DNA from: an uncultured delta proteobacterium
GTDB taxonomy: Bacteria > Desulfobacterota > Syntrophorhabdia > Syntrophorhabdales > WCHB1-27
DNA: 64,000 nucleotides
NCBI GenBank assembly: GCA_963810935.1
Contig: CAWEPK010000001.1
Location: forward strand, 1-64,000
Direction: 5' to 3'
Part shown: positions 48,277-57,624 of the stretch, one piece after another
Numbering within the stretch: position 1 is the first letter of the stretch
Layout of the letters: each line of letters begins with the position of its first letter
Position numbers and translations under genes: made by a program
The notes under the pieces: generated by a model
Seen by the model: the letters and a program-made list of their open reading frames with translations, nothing else
The model's database searches: none
Told to the model about the DNA's origin: nothing

Positions 48277-48832
48277 GGTCGTCGCCTTCCGCAGTGTTTA
48301 GCATGGGGAGCCGGACTACCCGCTTTATAGGGCTGCAATGCTCTATCTTTGTGAACATCTTTTTGGCGACACCGCAAACCGGGCACTTGTCGGGCGGCTC
48401 GCCTTCCACCGTATTGCCGCAGTTCTGGCAGACGTAATAATCGGTCTGCCCGTTCTTGCCCAGCTCTTCTAACGCCTTTTTATAAAGGGCCGCGTGGATT
48501 TTCTCGACATCGTTTGCGTAAGTGAATGTCCTCTCTGCGCCCTTGTTGCCCTCGGCTTTAGCATCATCGATCATGCCCGGATACATTTTCTGGAACTCGA
48601 AGACTTCGCCGGCTACGGCCTCCTCGAGGTTCTCCTTTGTTGTCTTGATGCCGCCCATCTCCCGCAGGTGGTTGTGCGCGTGCACGGTTTCGGCCTCGGC
48701 GGCCGCCCTGAACAGTTTTGCGACCTGCGGGTAGCCCTCCTGGTCTGCCTTTTTTGCAAAGGCCAGGTATTTCCTGTTCGCCTGTGATTCGCCGGCAAAC
48801 GCTTCCTTGAGATTGTCCGCGCTCTTCGCCAT
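48266..48832 (-). CDS. rbr: Rubrerythrin
   Basis: AFAGESQANRKY, AETVHA, EKIH, CQNCG...CPVCG; start at ATG 48832. Confidence 0.93.
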   Translation of the reverse strand: MAKSADNLKEAFAGESQANRKYLAFAKKADQEGYPQVAKLFRAAAEAETVHAHNHLREMGGIKTTKENLEEAVAGEVFEFQKMYPGMIDDAKAEGNKGAERTFTYANDVEKIHAALYKKALEELGKNGQTDYYVCQNCGNTVEGEPPDKCPVCGVAKKMFTKIEHCSPIKRVVRLPMLNTAEGDDLIA

Positions 48833-48849
48833 GTCTCCCTCCGTTATGC

Positions 48850-50064
48850 TTAGAATTTTGAGTTGTATTCCTTCACTTTTTGGGCGAACCCATACCCGAA
48901 GTCGTAGCAGCGCTGCTCGTCTTCGGGGCCTGGCCGGTAGGTCACCTCGACCCCCGGCTCGTAAACTTCGAGCCCCATCTGCTTGAGGGTTGCGTAAACC
49001 TCTTTTACCGCGCCGCCCCCCCACCCGAAGCTGCCGAAAGCGCCGGTTATCCTGTTTTTCGGCCTCAGTCCCCTTATGTAGGTGAGGAACTGGGCGATGG
49101 TGGGGAAGGGGATGTTGTTGAGCGTCGGGCAGCCGATGAGCGTGCCCCGCGCCCTCCAGAATTCCTTGGTCGCGACGCTTATGGGCGAGGCCCTCAGCTT
49201 TATGACCCTGCACTCGCACCCGGCCTCTTCAACGCCCCTTGCTATGAACTGGGTCATCTGCTCCGTGCTGTGCCACATCGTATCGTACACGATTGCCACG
49301 CTCGGCACGGCCTTGCCCCGCGCCATGTCGAGGTACATCTGGAGTATGCGGCCGGGGTCCCGCCTCCATATAATGCCGTGGTCGGGCGCTATAACTTCTA
49401 TCTCCAGCCCCAGGGCCTGCACCTCGCCGATCTTCTTCTCGATGAGGGGACCGAAGGGCATCAATATATTCGCGTAATAATCGAGCACCGCGTCATCGAG
49501 CTCCGCTATCGACTCGCAGGCAATATAGTCGTCGTCGAAGCGGGCCGAAGAGGCGATATGCTGGCCGAATGCATCCTGGCTGAAGAGCAGCTTATCTTCC
49601 GGCACGTACGAGACCATCGAATCGGGCCAGTGGAGCATGGGCGTTTCCAGGAAAAGGATGGTCTTCTTTCCGATCTTCAGCTTGTCGCCGGTCTTCACCG
49701 TCTTGATGCGCCACGCGGACAGGTCGAAGAAGCGCGCGAGCCCTTTTTGAGCCCTCTCGGTCATGTAGATATCGGCCGAAGGTGCAAGCCGCATTACTTT
49801 ATCGAGGCTCGTACTGTGGTCGTTCTCGATGTGGTTGATGATAACGTGCTTGATCGCGCCGGGGTCTGTAATCTCCCTGATGTTTTTGATCGTCATGTCG
49901 GCGAAGTCATACTTGACCGTATCGACCAGCGTTGGCTCGTCGTCCATGATCAGGTAGTTGTTGTACGACGTGCCCCTCGGCGTCTCGTACCCGTGGAAGT
50001 CCCTTATGGCCCAGTCTACGGCCCCGACCCAGTAAATCCCGTTCCTTACCTCGACAGCCTTCAT
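48850..50064 (-). CDS. fprA: Flavodiiron protein (A-type flavoprotein)
   Basis: GTSYNNYLI, NHIENDH, MLHWPDSM, DAFGQH, APDHG, AFGSFGWGG. Confidence 0.94.
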   Translation of the reverse strand: MKAVEVRNGIYWVGAVDWAIRDFHGYETPRGTSYNNYLIMDDEPTLVDTVKYDFADMTIKNIREITDPGAIKHVIINHIENDHSTSLDKVMRLAPSADIYMTERAQKGLARFFDLSAWRIKTVKTGDKLKIGKKTILFLETPMLHWPDSMVSYVPEDKLLFSQDAFGQHIASSARFDDDYIACESIAELDDAVLDYYANILMPFGPLIEKKIGEVQALGLEIEVIAPDHGIIWRRDPGRILQMYLDMARGKAVPSVAIVYDTMWHSTEQMTQFIARGVEEAGCECRVIKLRASPISVATKEFWRARGTLIGCPTLNNIPFPTIAQFLTYIRGLRPKNRITGAFGSFGWGGGAVKEVYATLKQMGLEVYEPGVEVTYRPGPEDEQRCYDFGYGFAQKVKEYNSKF

Positions 50065-50149
50065 AACCTTATAGTCTCCTCATGCAGGTTCTTTGGTCTC
50101 CACGCTTTTTGCATCAGACTGTCCCGCCGTAGCTTTGGCACACTTTGAA

Positions 50150-50248
50150 ACCCCAATCATTGGGCTTCAGCAGCCCCTCCACGAGCAAAGCCCGTCGGGG
50201 CACCCGCTTTTGCGGGTCGTCCCTGCTCGGCGCTCACATACGTTCGCT
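50150..50248. repeat. REP-like palindromic repeat directly after the cutA stop
   Basis: Matches 46510-46600; its reverse complement contains GCTTTGCTCGTGGAGGGG, shared with the 33050 and 60725 repeats. Confidence 0.8.
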
Positions 50249-50563
50249 TTATTGCTGCCGTATCACATCCGCGAGCCAGCGCCCGTACGCGCCAAGCACG
50301 TTCGTTGCCTCGACTGCCTCGATCTGCGGCACCTCATACGGATGGAGAGCCTTTATCTCGCTCTCCACGGCAGCGTACAACTCGCGCCGCGTCTTCATGA
50401 TGCCCATCCACTCGTCCGCCTCTTCGATGCGCCCCTTCCACCAGTAAACGCTCCTCACCGGCCCCACTATCTGGATGCAGGCCACGAGCCGCTTCTCAAG
50501 AAGAACGCGGCCGATATGCTCCAGCGTCTCCCGGTTGTCGAGAGTGGTGATGACGTTTATCAT
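50249..50563 (-). CDS. cutA: Divalent-cation tolerance protein CutA
   Basis: LVACIQI, SVYWWKG, HPYEVPQI. Confidence 0.94.
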   Translation of the reverse strand: MINVITTLDNRETLEHIGRVLLEKRLVACIQIVGPVRSVYWWKGRIEEADEWMGIMKTRRELYAAVESEIKALHPYEVPQIEAVEATNVLGAYGRWLADVIRQQ

Positions 50564-50586
50564 AACATCCGTTGTTACATTGTAAT

Positions 50587-50628
50587 CCCTCCCCTATAGC
50601 CCATGCAAGCATGGGCTATAGGGGAGGG
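50587..50628. repeat. Perfect 20-bp inverted repeat
   Basis: CCCTCCCCTATAGCCCATGC-AA-GCATGGGCTATAGGGGAGGG. Confidence 0.9.
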
Positions 50629-50795
50629 GGGCCGGATCTTTTCGCGCCTTTCGCGTCGTTTCCTCGGGCGCGAGTCCTCACGTACAGAAAACGTACGCTG
50701 CGGCTCGCTTCGTCGAAAAGCAACGCGAAATCCATCGAAAACCTCCAGCCTGGGTTGGCTGCGCAAAAACCTCCGGCCCGGTTGCCTGTAGTTGT

Positions 50796-50975
50796 TTATA
50801 ATTGTACTTTATCTATGTTTACGCGTTGTAACGTCTGTAAATCGAGGTACATATATGACGTTGTAGGTGGCCCCCTCTCCCACCATACCCGTCGGTCAAA
50901 GTATTCGAGCGTCTGTACACCGGTACCCTTACCCCAACCCGTAAGATAAAATTGAATAGAAGGCGCTCGGTTCAT
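50796..50975 (-). pseudogene. Truncated, degenerate phage replication-initiator N-terminus (DUF1376/YdaU-like)
   Basis: MNRAPSIQFYLTGWGKGTGVQTLEYFDRRVWWE resembles the PAFQFYPGDW..D.GV..L...DRG.W.E pattern (recalled, not searched); stops after 59 aa. Confidence 0.5.
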
Positions 50976-50978
50976 CAG

Positions 50979-51221
50979 TTAGCATCCTCTAATCGGCTTG
51001 CCGAATCGGGGGCAGTAGCGGACCGCGATCACGAAAACAGGGCTGAACGATCCATCGGGCCGCTTGTCGTGTCCCTGAAGGAAGGGGACGGCCGTAAGGG
51101 CTTTGCAGGACTCGCATGTTTTTATATCGGTGCTCGGGATTTGCGTCGTTGCAGTGTTCGTTATAAGACGCAGGTGGGGTAGCTTATTACGGGTGAGTCC
51201 TTTGGTCGTACCGTGCTGCAT
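50979..51221 (-). CDS. Small hypothetical protein in the AT-rich islet
   Basis: GGAGGG SD before ATG; CxxC and YCPRFG; ends 3 nt before the next ATG. Confidence 0.45.
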   Translation of the reverse strand: MQHGTTKGLTRNKLPHLRLITNTATTQIPSTDIKTCESCKALTAVPFLQGHDKRPDGSFSPVFVIAVRYCPRFGKPIRGC

Positions 51222-51425
51222 TGTGCCCTCCGTTTAAGAACTCTATCGGGATTGAGGAAAAGCCCCTCGCTTGTGATTGAGAAGAGCATAGTCGTAAAAA
51301 CGAGATTTGTAGATTGAGTTATAAAGGGTAGTTTAAACGTCTATTTGACGTATAAGATTTGTCTTATACGTCAAGTCGGAGAAGTGCCTGACCTGAAAAA
51401 TATGAGATGGCCGTGGGAGTTACTC

Positions 51426-52094
51426 TCAATCCTTATCATCTTTGTGCTTGCGCGAGCGCTCCATGGGCGAAATACTTACCACGGGTCTTTCCAGACGCAG
51501 TTTTTGTGGATGGAGAATCATGTCTTCCACGATTGCAATAATCTTCACGGCTTGGCCATATGCCTTCTGCACGCGTTTGTAGGGCGGCCATAACTCAGGG
51601 TTATAAGCTGGATTTTTTTCTTGCCCCCGCTTGTAGTTTTTACCACTCTTTTGACGCGCTATTTCGAGAAAGGATAAGTTGGAAAGATGATGCAAATCCC
51701 AGATTTGCCATTTATCGTAAGTTGTACCTCTCAGCCTTGTTGATCTAGTATGAGGTTTATGCCGCTCCAGTATATCCGTAAAGGCTTTCTTTAGGGTCTC
51801 CTCGTCTTCGGTCAAGTCTACTCGCAGATCAAGGTATCGCTCATCTTGAGGTTTAGCAAAATCTTCCTCTGCTATTTCCTTTATAGGGAAGAGCCCGATT
51901 TTGATCTTATCAAAAAGCCATTCCAGGTCCTCATCGATGGGCAAATATGGCCCGAAAAGACATGAAAGCCCGTATTTTTCGTGGAGCGTTCTAGTATCGA
52001 CTATCCCCTTATCCCTGTTCGAAAAGTCCTTCACATATGTTTGGGAGCGCGATAAAGCCATAAATCGGTCTCGCCTGTTTATTTTCATTTCCAC
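51426..52094 (-). CDS. Hypothetical protein, possibly DNA-binding and mobile-element derived
   Basis: 222-aa ORF with AT-richer codon usage; basic C-terminal half with an HTH-like segment (LSFLEIAR). Confidence 0.55.
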   Translation of the reverse strand: MEMKINRRDRFMALSRSQTYVKDFSNRDKGIVDTRTLHEKYGLSCLFGPYLPIDEDLEWLFDKIKIGLFPIKEIAEEDFAKPQDERYLDLRVDLTEDEETLKKAFTDILERHKPHTRSTRLRGTTYDKWQIWDLHHLSNLSFLEIARQKSGKNYKRGQEKNPAYNPELWPPYKRVQKAYGQAVKIIAIVEDMILHPQKLRLERPVVSISPMERSRKHKDDKD

Positions 52095-52435
52095 TGCCCC
52101 CTTTCCCCTATTCGATTTCCCAATATGTTCGGAGCACCGAGATAGTATTATAACATTCTCGCACCCGACGTAAGCGAGCGGGCCCAGACGTAGCCCCTGT
52201 GCATTTTCACTTCAATTACCATGCCCGTCCCCTTTTGCCCAATAATCGTGGTATACTACCCCTATTGCATTATGGCTACCACCAATGACCTGCGCCTGAC
52301 CGCTTCTTCGTATTTCTGAAAAGCCTCCCTGGGGCTCGGGGTTGCTGCCAGTAAAACCCCCAACGAGGAAAAAGTTGTCCTTGTAGACTCCAAACGGCTA
52401 ACCCCACATGGGTTGCCGATTAACGATATCAGGCA

Positions 52436-52753
52436 ATGAATGTAAGAAGAGGAGTGCCAGATATGGAAAGTACCGTTAAGCCTTTCAATGGCCAGTTTGT
52501 TGCGCGGAGGAGTTTCGCGCGCGCAAAAGAAAAACAGTGCCGCTCGAAGAATTACCTCGAATTCCTGGCCCACTATGATGCAAGATTAGTGCAGGTCAAT
52601 GGGCCGATAATGGTCGTAAGATACAACACCGGTATAGAATTGCCGCTGGAGGCGAAAGGCAAGCTGCAATTGGTGAAACTGCTGCTCACTGAATTCGGAA
52701 CGGTCGATGAGGCCAACCGGGCGATAGACGATTATAAAGCCGCGCACCCTTAA
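52436..52753 (+). CDS. Hypothetical protein
   Basis: 105-aa ORF; GAGGAG SD before an internal ATG (MESTVK). Confidence 0.45.
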   Translation: MNVRRGVPDMESTVKPFNGQFVARRSFARAKEKQCRSKNYLEFLAHYDARLVQVNGPIMVVRYNTGIELPLEAKGKLQLVKLLLTEFGTVDEANRAIDDYKAAHP

Positions 52754-52761
52754 GTTTCGCT

Positions 52762-53889
52762 TTACGGCCTTCCCATTTTCCGCAGCCAGCGCCAATGTTC
52801 GGCAAGCCCCGACCAGAAAGTGGGATGCACCTCATATTTCACGCCGAATTCCCGGCACGTCTCCTCGACGACCTTCGCCATCCCCGGGTAGTTTACATGA
52901 CTGATAGAGGGGAAGAGATGGTGCTCCAGGTGAAAATTCAACCCCCCGAATAACCATGTCCTTACCCGGCTCTGCCTGTCGTAATCGAGGGTGACCTGCG
53001 CCTGGTGCACGGCCCAAGGGTTATTCATACGGTGGGATGCGCCGTCGGGCAGGGGGAAATCGGAGCGGCCCGTGCAGTGCGGGATCTGGAATACGACCGC
53101 AATCGGTACGCCGATGATAAGGGCGGTTACCGCGTAGTAGAAGAGGACGACCGGAACTGGATGCAGGAACATGGGAAACACGAAGGCGATGACAAAAAAG
53201 TATGCCTTCCCCCCGACGAACGTAGCGAGGTCCCAACCCTTCGGGCGGGGTATTGGATGGGTGTGGATAATGCCGGTCGCGATATGCCAGAAATCGCTAA
53301 ACAGGTGGAATTTTAGTACGAGGCATGCGTAGAGCGCCCATATGTACAGGTGCTGCCAGCGATGGAACCATCTCCTTTTCTGATGCGGCGCAAACCGGGC
53401 ATATATACCCAAATCGATGTCAGGGTCGTATCCCACTATATTGACATTGTTGTGATGATATATGGCGTGCTTCCAATGCCACACATATGAGCTGGCGCCC
53501 ACAAGGTCGAGTGTCGCCGCAGCGAGCCTGTTAACCCACCGCTGCCCGGAGAAGCTGCGGTGCCCTCCGTCGTGCATGATGTTGAAGCCTATCCCCGTCA
53601 CGGAGAGGGCAAGCACGACAGCGGCCGCGAGGCCCTGCCACAGGTCTCGGGCCAGAAGCACCAGCACCAGGTACGAGAGGAAGAAGCAGGAGAGAAAAAC
53701 GGCAGCCTTCACGTACATCTGCCGGCCGCCGCGTCTTGGCCGTCCCGTCTGTCGAAAATAGTCGTCCACACGCCGGCGCAGCGCAGCGTGGAACTCCGGG
53801 TTGTCGCTGAATTTTATCCCGGGTCTTAATTGTCGAGGCTGGTGGGGACCTCTTTTGGCTCCCTCTATATCGCCTTGTTTCTCCGGCAT
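52762..53889 (-). CDS. Membrane fatty-acid/acyl-CoA desaturase (front-end desaturase-like)
   Basis: His boxes HDGGH, HAIYHH, HLEHHLFP; several TM segments. Confidence 0.92.
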   Translation of the reverse strand: MPEKQGDIEGAKRGPHQPRQLRPGIKFSDNPEFHAALRRRVDDYFRQTGRPRRGGRQMYVKAAVFLSCFFLSYLVLVLLARDLWQGLAAAVVLALSVTGIGFNIMHDGGHRSFSGQRWVNRLAAATLDLVGASSYVWHWKHAIYHHNNVNIVGYDPDIDLGIYARFAPHQKRRWFHRWQHLYIWALYACLVLKFHLFSDFWHIATGIIHTHPIPRPKGWDLATFVGGKAYFFVIAFVFPMFLHPVPVVLFYYAVTALIIGVPIAVVFQIPHCTGRSDFPLPDGASHRMNNPWAVHQAQVTLDYDRQSRVRTWLFGGLNFHLEHHLFPSISHVNYPGMAKVVEETCREFGVKYEVHPTFWSGLAEHWRWLRKMGRP

Positions 53890-54008
53890 AGGAATATATC
53901 ATAAATTTAATCGTGGCCGGTGCGATGGTAAAGTCCCACGGTATAAGCTAAGGCTCCCTGACCGATCATTTGACTTGAATTGCCAGCCATTTCATATTAT
54001 TTTGTAGC

Positions 54009-54599
54009 ATGTTCCACATAAACGACCAAAATGCGCTGGTGCTGGCGAGTGAATCTACTAGACGGGTCGATCTCCTCCGGAGCCTTGGCGTCTCATTCGC
54101 CATCATGCCGCCGGGCATCGACGAGCACAGGCGGCATTCGGAATCGCCCAAGGACTACGTGCTGCGCATGGCTTACGAAAAGGCGCAGAAGGTCGGCAGC
54201 CTCTTTCCCGAGAAATGGGTCATCGGGGCGGACACGATCGTCGTCCACAAAGGCAGGGTGCTCGGCAAGCCGAAGACGGAAGAAGACGCCTTCGCTATGC
54301 TGAAAAGGCTCCGGGCAAGCTGGCACAAGGTCTACACGGGCTACTGCATCCTTAACGTGTCGAGGCACATCGTCTATCAGGACGTGGCCGAAACGAAAGT
54401 CTTCATCAAGGACCTGACCGACGAAGAGATCGAGAAGTACATAAACACCACCGAGCCCTTCGACAAGGCCGGCTCCTATGCAGTGCAGGGAAAGGGCGGC
54501 TACATGGTGAAGGAGATAAAGGGCTCGTACTCGAACGTCGTCGGTCTGCCCATCTGCGAGATCACCGAGGCCCTCCTTTCCCTGGGCATTCTTTCGTGA
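54009..54599 (+). CDS. maf: Maf family nucleotide pyrophosphatase
   Basis: LASESTRR, IGADTIV, LGKP, DKAGSYAVQG, NVVGLP. Confidence 0.95.
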   Translation: MFHINDQNALVLASESTRRVDLLRSLGVSFAIMPPGIDEHRRHSESPKDYVLRMAYEKAQKVGSLFPEKWVIGADTIVVHKGRVLGKPKTEEDAFAMLKRLRASWHKVYTGYCILNVSRHIVYQDVAETKVFIKDLTDEEIEKYINTTEPFDKAGSYAVQGKGGYMVKEIKGSYSNVVGLPICEITEALLSLGILS

Positions 54600-55267
54600 G
54601 CGACATCGGAGCTTCAATCTCGGCAGTGCGCGACCGGATGGCGGCCGCGTGCAGGAAAGCGGGGCGCCGCCCTGAAGAAGTAAGGCTTATAGCGGTCACG
54701 AAAAAGGTGGATGCGGAAAGGGTGCGCGAGGCGGCCTCTTTCGGTCTTTCGGATTTCGGGGAGAACTACGTGCAGGAGGCGCAGCGGAAGATAGACGCCA
54801 TAGGGCCGGGCCCCACCTGGCACATGATCGGCCACGTGCAGACGAACAAGGCGAAATACGTCTCAAGGCTTTTTAAATACGTCCATTCGGTCGACAGGGA
54901 GGCGTTGCTTGACGAGCTGGAGCGCCTGGGCAACCCGCTCGACGTCCTTTTCGAAGTCAACATTTCGCAGGAGCCGCAGAAGCACGGCGCGGCCGAGCAA
55001 GCGTTGCGCCCGCTCCTCGAGAAAACGGCGGCCATGCGTAACATAAGGCCCGTCGGGCTCATGACGGTGCCGCCCTTCGATGAGGAGCCGGAAAAATCGC
55101 GTCCCTATTTCGCCGCCCTGCGCGCCCTGCTCGATACGGTCAACAGGGACCTGGGCATGGGAATGTCGGAGCTTTCGATGGGCATGTCGGCAGATTTCGA
55201 AGTAGCCATAGAGGAGGGCGCGACGATGGTGCGCGTCGGCACCGCCATATTCGGGGAGAGACTATGA
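54596..55267 (+). CDS. yggS: PLP homeostasis protein
   Basis: IAVTK, FGENYVQE, HMIGHVQTNK, LSMGMSADF, VRVGTAIFG. Confidence 0.96.
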   Translation: MSDIGASISAVRDRMAAACRKAGRRPEEVRLIAVTKKVDAERVREAASFGLSDFGENYVQEAQRKIDAIGPGPTWHMIGHVQTNKAKYVSRLFKYVHSVDREALLDELERLGNPLDVLFEVNISQEPQKHGAAEQALRPLLEKTAAMRNIRPVGLMTVPPFDEEPEKSRPYFAALRALLDTVNRDLGMGMSELSMGMSADFEVAIEEGATMVRVGTAIFGERL

Positions 55268-56640
55268 AGCCGTGGGAGGGGAGGTTCAGCGGGCCTACCG
55301 ACGCCCTCATGGAACGCTTCAGCTCGTCCATAGACGTCGATTGGCGCCTTTTTCATTACGACATCGAGGGCAGCATCGCATACGCCCGTGGCCTAAAGCG
55401 GGCGGGTATCCTTAATGACGACGAGACCGGCCGCATCATCGCCGGATTGAAAGAGATAGAGGCGGAGATAGCCGAAGGGAGGCTGCCCTTCCGGGAGGCC
55501 CTTGAAGATATCCACATGCACGTGGAACAGAGGCTCATCGAAAAAATCGGAGAGACGGGCAAGAAGCTGCACACGGGTAGGAGCAGGAACGAGCAGGTCT
55601 CTCTCGATATGCGGATGTACGTGAAGGACGAGCTTGCCAGATTAGATGCGGGCCTGAAGGCCCTGATGGCGGCCATAGTGGCGAGGGCGGAAAAAGAGAA
55701 AACGGCGATCATGCCCGGATACACGCACACGCGGCGCGCCCAGGCGGTGCCCTTCGCTCATTATCTGATGGCCTGCTATTATCCGCTCAAGCGCGACAGA
55801 CAGCGCATCGCGGGCGCGCTCGCCCGGTGCGACGCAATGCCGCTGGGCAGCGGGGCCCTGGCAGGCTCGACGCTGCCTATCGACCGCGAGTTCCTGAAAA
55901 ACGAGCTGGGTTTTGCGGCGACCACGGACAACAGCATGGACGCCGCTTCCGACCGCGACTTCGCGCTGGATGCCCTTTATTGCGCTGCCACGGTAATGAC
56001 GCACCTGAGCCGGGTTGCGGAGGACCTGATCCTTTACTCCACCGAGGAATTCTCCTTCATTTCCCTGCCGGACGGCCTCTGCACGGGGAGCAGCCTCATG
56101 CCCCACAAAAAGAACCCCGATGCCCTGGAGCTGATCAGGGGTAAGGCCGCAATCGTGACGGGCAAGCTTTTCGGCCTGTTCTGCCTCCTTAAAGGGTTGC
56201 CGTCGACGTATGACCGGGACCTTCAGGAGGACAAGCCTCCGCTCTTCGAGGGGATGGCGGCAGCGTGCGATGCGTGCGCGGTGATGACGCTCGCCTTAGA
56301 GGGGATGGGCCTCAACAGGGCAGCCATGGAAAAGGCCGTAGAGGAAAGCTTCATGCCTGCCGTGGAGATGACGGAATACCTGGCATACAGGGGCGTGCCT
56401 TTCAGACAGGCGCACCACATCGTCGGCGCGATAGTCAAAGAATGCGAGGAGACCGGGCGCCGCCTCGCCGGGATGGACCTTGCCGATTTGAAACGCCGGT
56501 CGGACGCATTTGACGAATCGGTTTTCGATTACATGGACCCGCGCCACGCGGCGGAGCGCAGGAAGACGCAGGGTGGGGCCTCCTTTGCCGAGGTCGAGAG
56601 ACAGATTGCAAAAGAAAAAGATTATCTTAGCCGTAATTAG
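55264..56640 (+). CDS. argH: Argininosuccinate lyase
   Basis: EDIHM, LHTGRSRNEQ, GSSLMPHKKNPD, RDLQEDK. Confidence 0.97.
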   Translation: MKPWEGRFSGPTDALMERFSSSIDVDWRLFHYDIEGSIAYARGLKRAGILNDDETGRIIAGLKEIEAEIAEGRLPFREALEDIHMHVEQRLIEKIGETGKKLHTGRSRNEQVSLDMRMYVKDELARLDAGLKALMAAIVARAEKEKTAIMPGYTHTRRAQAVPFAHYLMACYYPLKRDRQRIAGALARCDAMPLGSGALAGSTLPIDREFLKNELGFAATTDNSMDAASDRDFALDALYCAATVMTHLSRVAEDLILYSTEEFSFISLPDGLCTGSSLMPHKKNPDALELIRGKAAIVTGKLFGLFCLLKGLPSTYDRDLQEDKPPLFEGMAAACDACAVMTLALEGMGLNRAAMEKAVEESFMPAVEMTEYLAYRGVPFRQAHHIVGAIVKECEETGRRLAGMDLADLKRRSDAFDESVFDYMDPRHAAERRKTQGGASFAEVERQIAKEKDYLSRN

Positions 56641-57607
56641 CCTTTCCGTCCTTGCCCTGGTCGCTTGTGGAAGGAAAGGGAACCCCAGGCCGAAGAGTCT
56701 GCCGACTCCGGCGACGATAAACGACCTGCGGGGCGACGTCAAGGACGGGGTGCTATTCCTCTCCTTCACGGTCCCCACGAAGAACAGGGACGGGACGCCC
56801 ACTACGAACGTCGCGGGCTTCCAGTTCTTGAAGAGCTGCGGTGCGTGCGGCGGGGCGTTCGAGCCGTGGAAGGACGTGCGCCTTGCGGACAGACAGGGGT
56901 ACACGATAAGGAACGGCAGGATGTTTGTCTACGATGACGACCTTGTCCCCGGCTTCCCATACGAATACCGGGTCTTCCCCTACACGTACAGGGGCACCCG
57001 GCTGGACGGCTCGAACTTCTACATGATAAAGTGGCAAAAGCCGCCGGCGCCGCCGGAAGGCCTGACCGCAGATGCGCAGGACTCGAAAGTCGTACTATCG
57101 TGGAAAAAAGCGGAGAAGCTGACGTACAATGTTTACCGCTGGGACAGCGCGGTTTACCCGCTTACCCCGGTCAACGCAGCCCCCATAGAGGCCAACACGT
57201 TCACCGACTCGGCCCTGCAAAACGGGAAGACCTATAAGTACGAGGTCAGGGCCGTTAAGACCGAGGGGACCTACCAGTTCGAAGGCCAGGGAATCACTGT
57301 CACCGCAACGCCTAAGGATATGACGCCTCCGGAACCGCCGGCTGCTCCGAAGCTGGAGAAGAAGGACAACGGCGTGCTTATTTCGTGGCAGGCGAGCCCG
57401 GAGGCGGACGTGGCCGGATACAACGTCTACAGGCTTACCGGGGAGAAGGCGGAGAAACTGAATAAGGAGCCGATTACAACGCTGGACTTCTTCGACCCGT
57501 CGCCCGGCCATAACATCAGGTACGTGTCGTACTATTTAACGGCAGTCGACAAGAGCGGGAACGAGAGCGGGCCGTCGAGGGAGCAGGTAATAGTCATCAA
57601 AGAATAA
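56606..57607 (+). CDS. Lipoprotein with LptM/YifL-like N-terminal motif and fibronectin type III domains
   Basis: Probable TTG start at 56606; lipobox LVA-C followed by CGRKGNP; FN3 motifs (YNVYR, YKYEVRAV, AVDKSGNES). Confidence 0.78.
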   Translation: MQKKKIILAVISLSVLALVACGRKGNPRPKSLPTPATINDLRGDVKDGVLFLSFTVPTKNRDGTPTTNVAGFQFLKSCGACGGAFEPWKDVRLADRQGYTIRNGRMFVYDDDLVPGFPYEYRVFPYTYRGTRLDGSNFYMIKWQKPPAPPEGLTADAQDSKVVLSWKKAEKLTYNVYRWDSAVYPLTPVNAAPIEANTFTDSALQNGKTYKYEVRAVKTEGTYQFEGQGITVTATPKDMTPPEPPAAPKLEKKDNGVLISWQASPEADVAGYNVYRLTGEKAEKLNKEPITTLDFFDPSPGHNIRYVSYYLTAVDKSGNESGPSREQVIVIKE

Positions 57608-57624
57608 GGGTCTGTGCTTTCCTG

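Noticed and set aside
48833..49219. Long N-terminal extension of rubrerythrin in the ORF track (similar extensions on rplU, cytochrome c3 and the sirohaem gene)
   Set aside because: The extensions overlap upstream genes or promoters; downstream ATGs with family-typical N-termini are more plausible.
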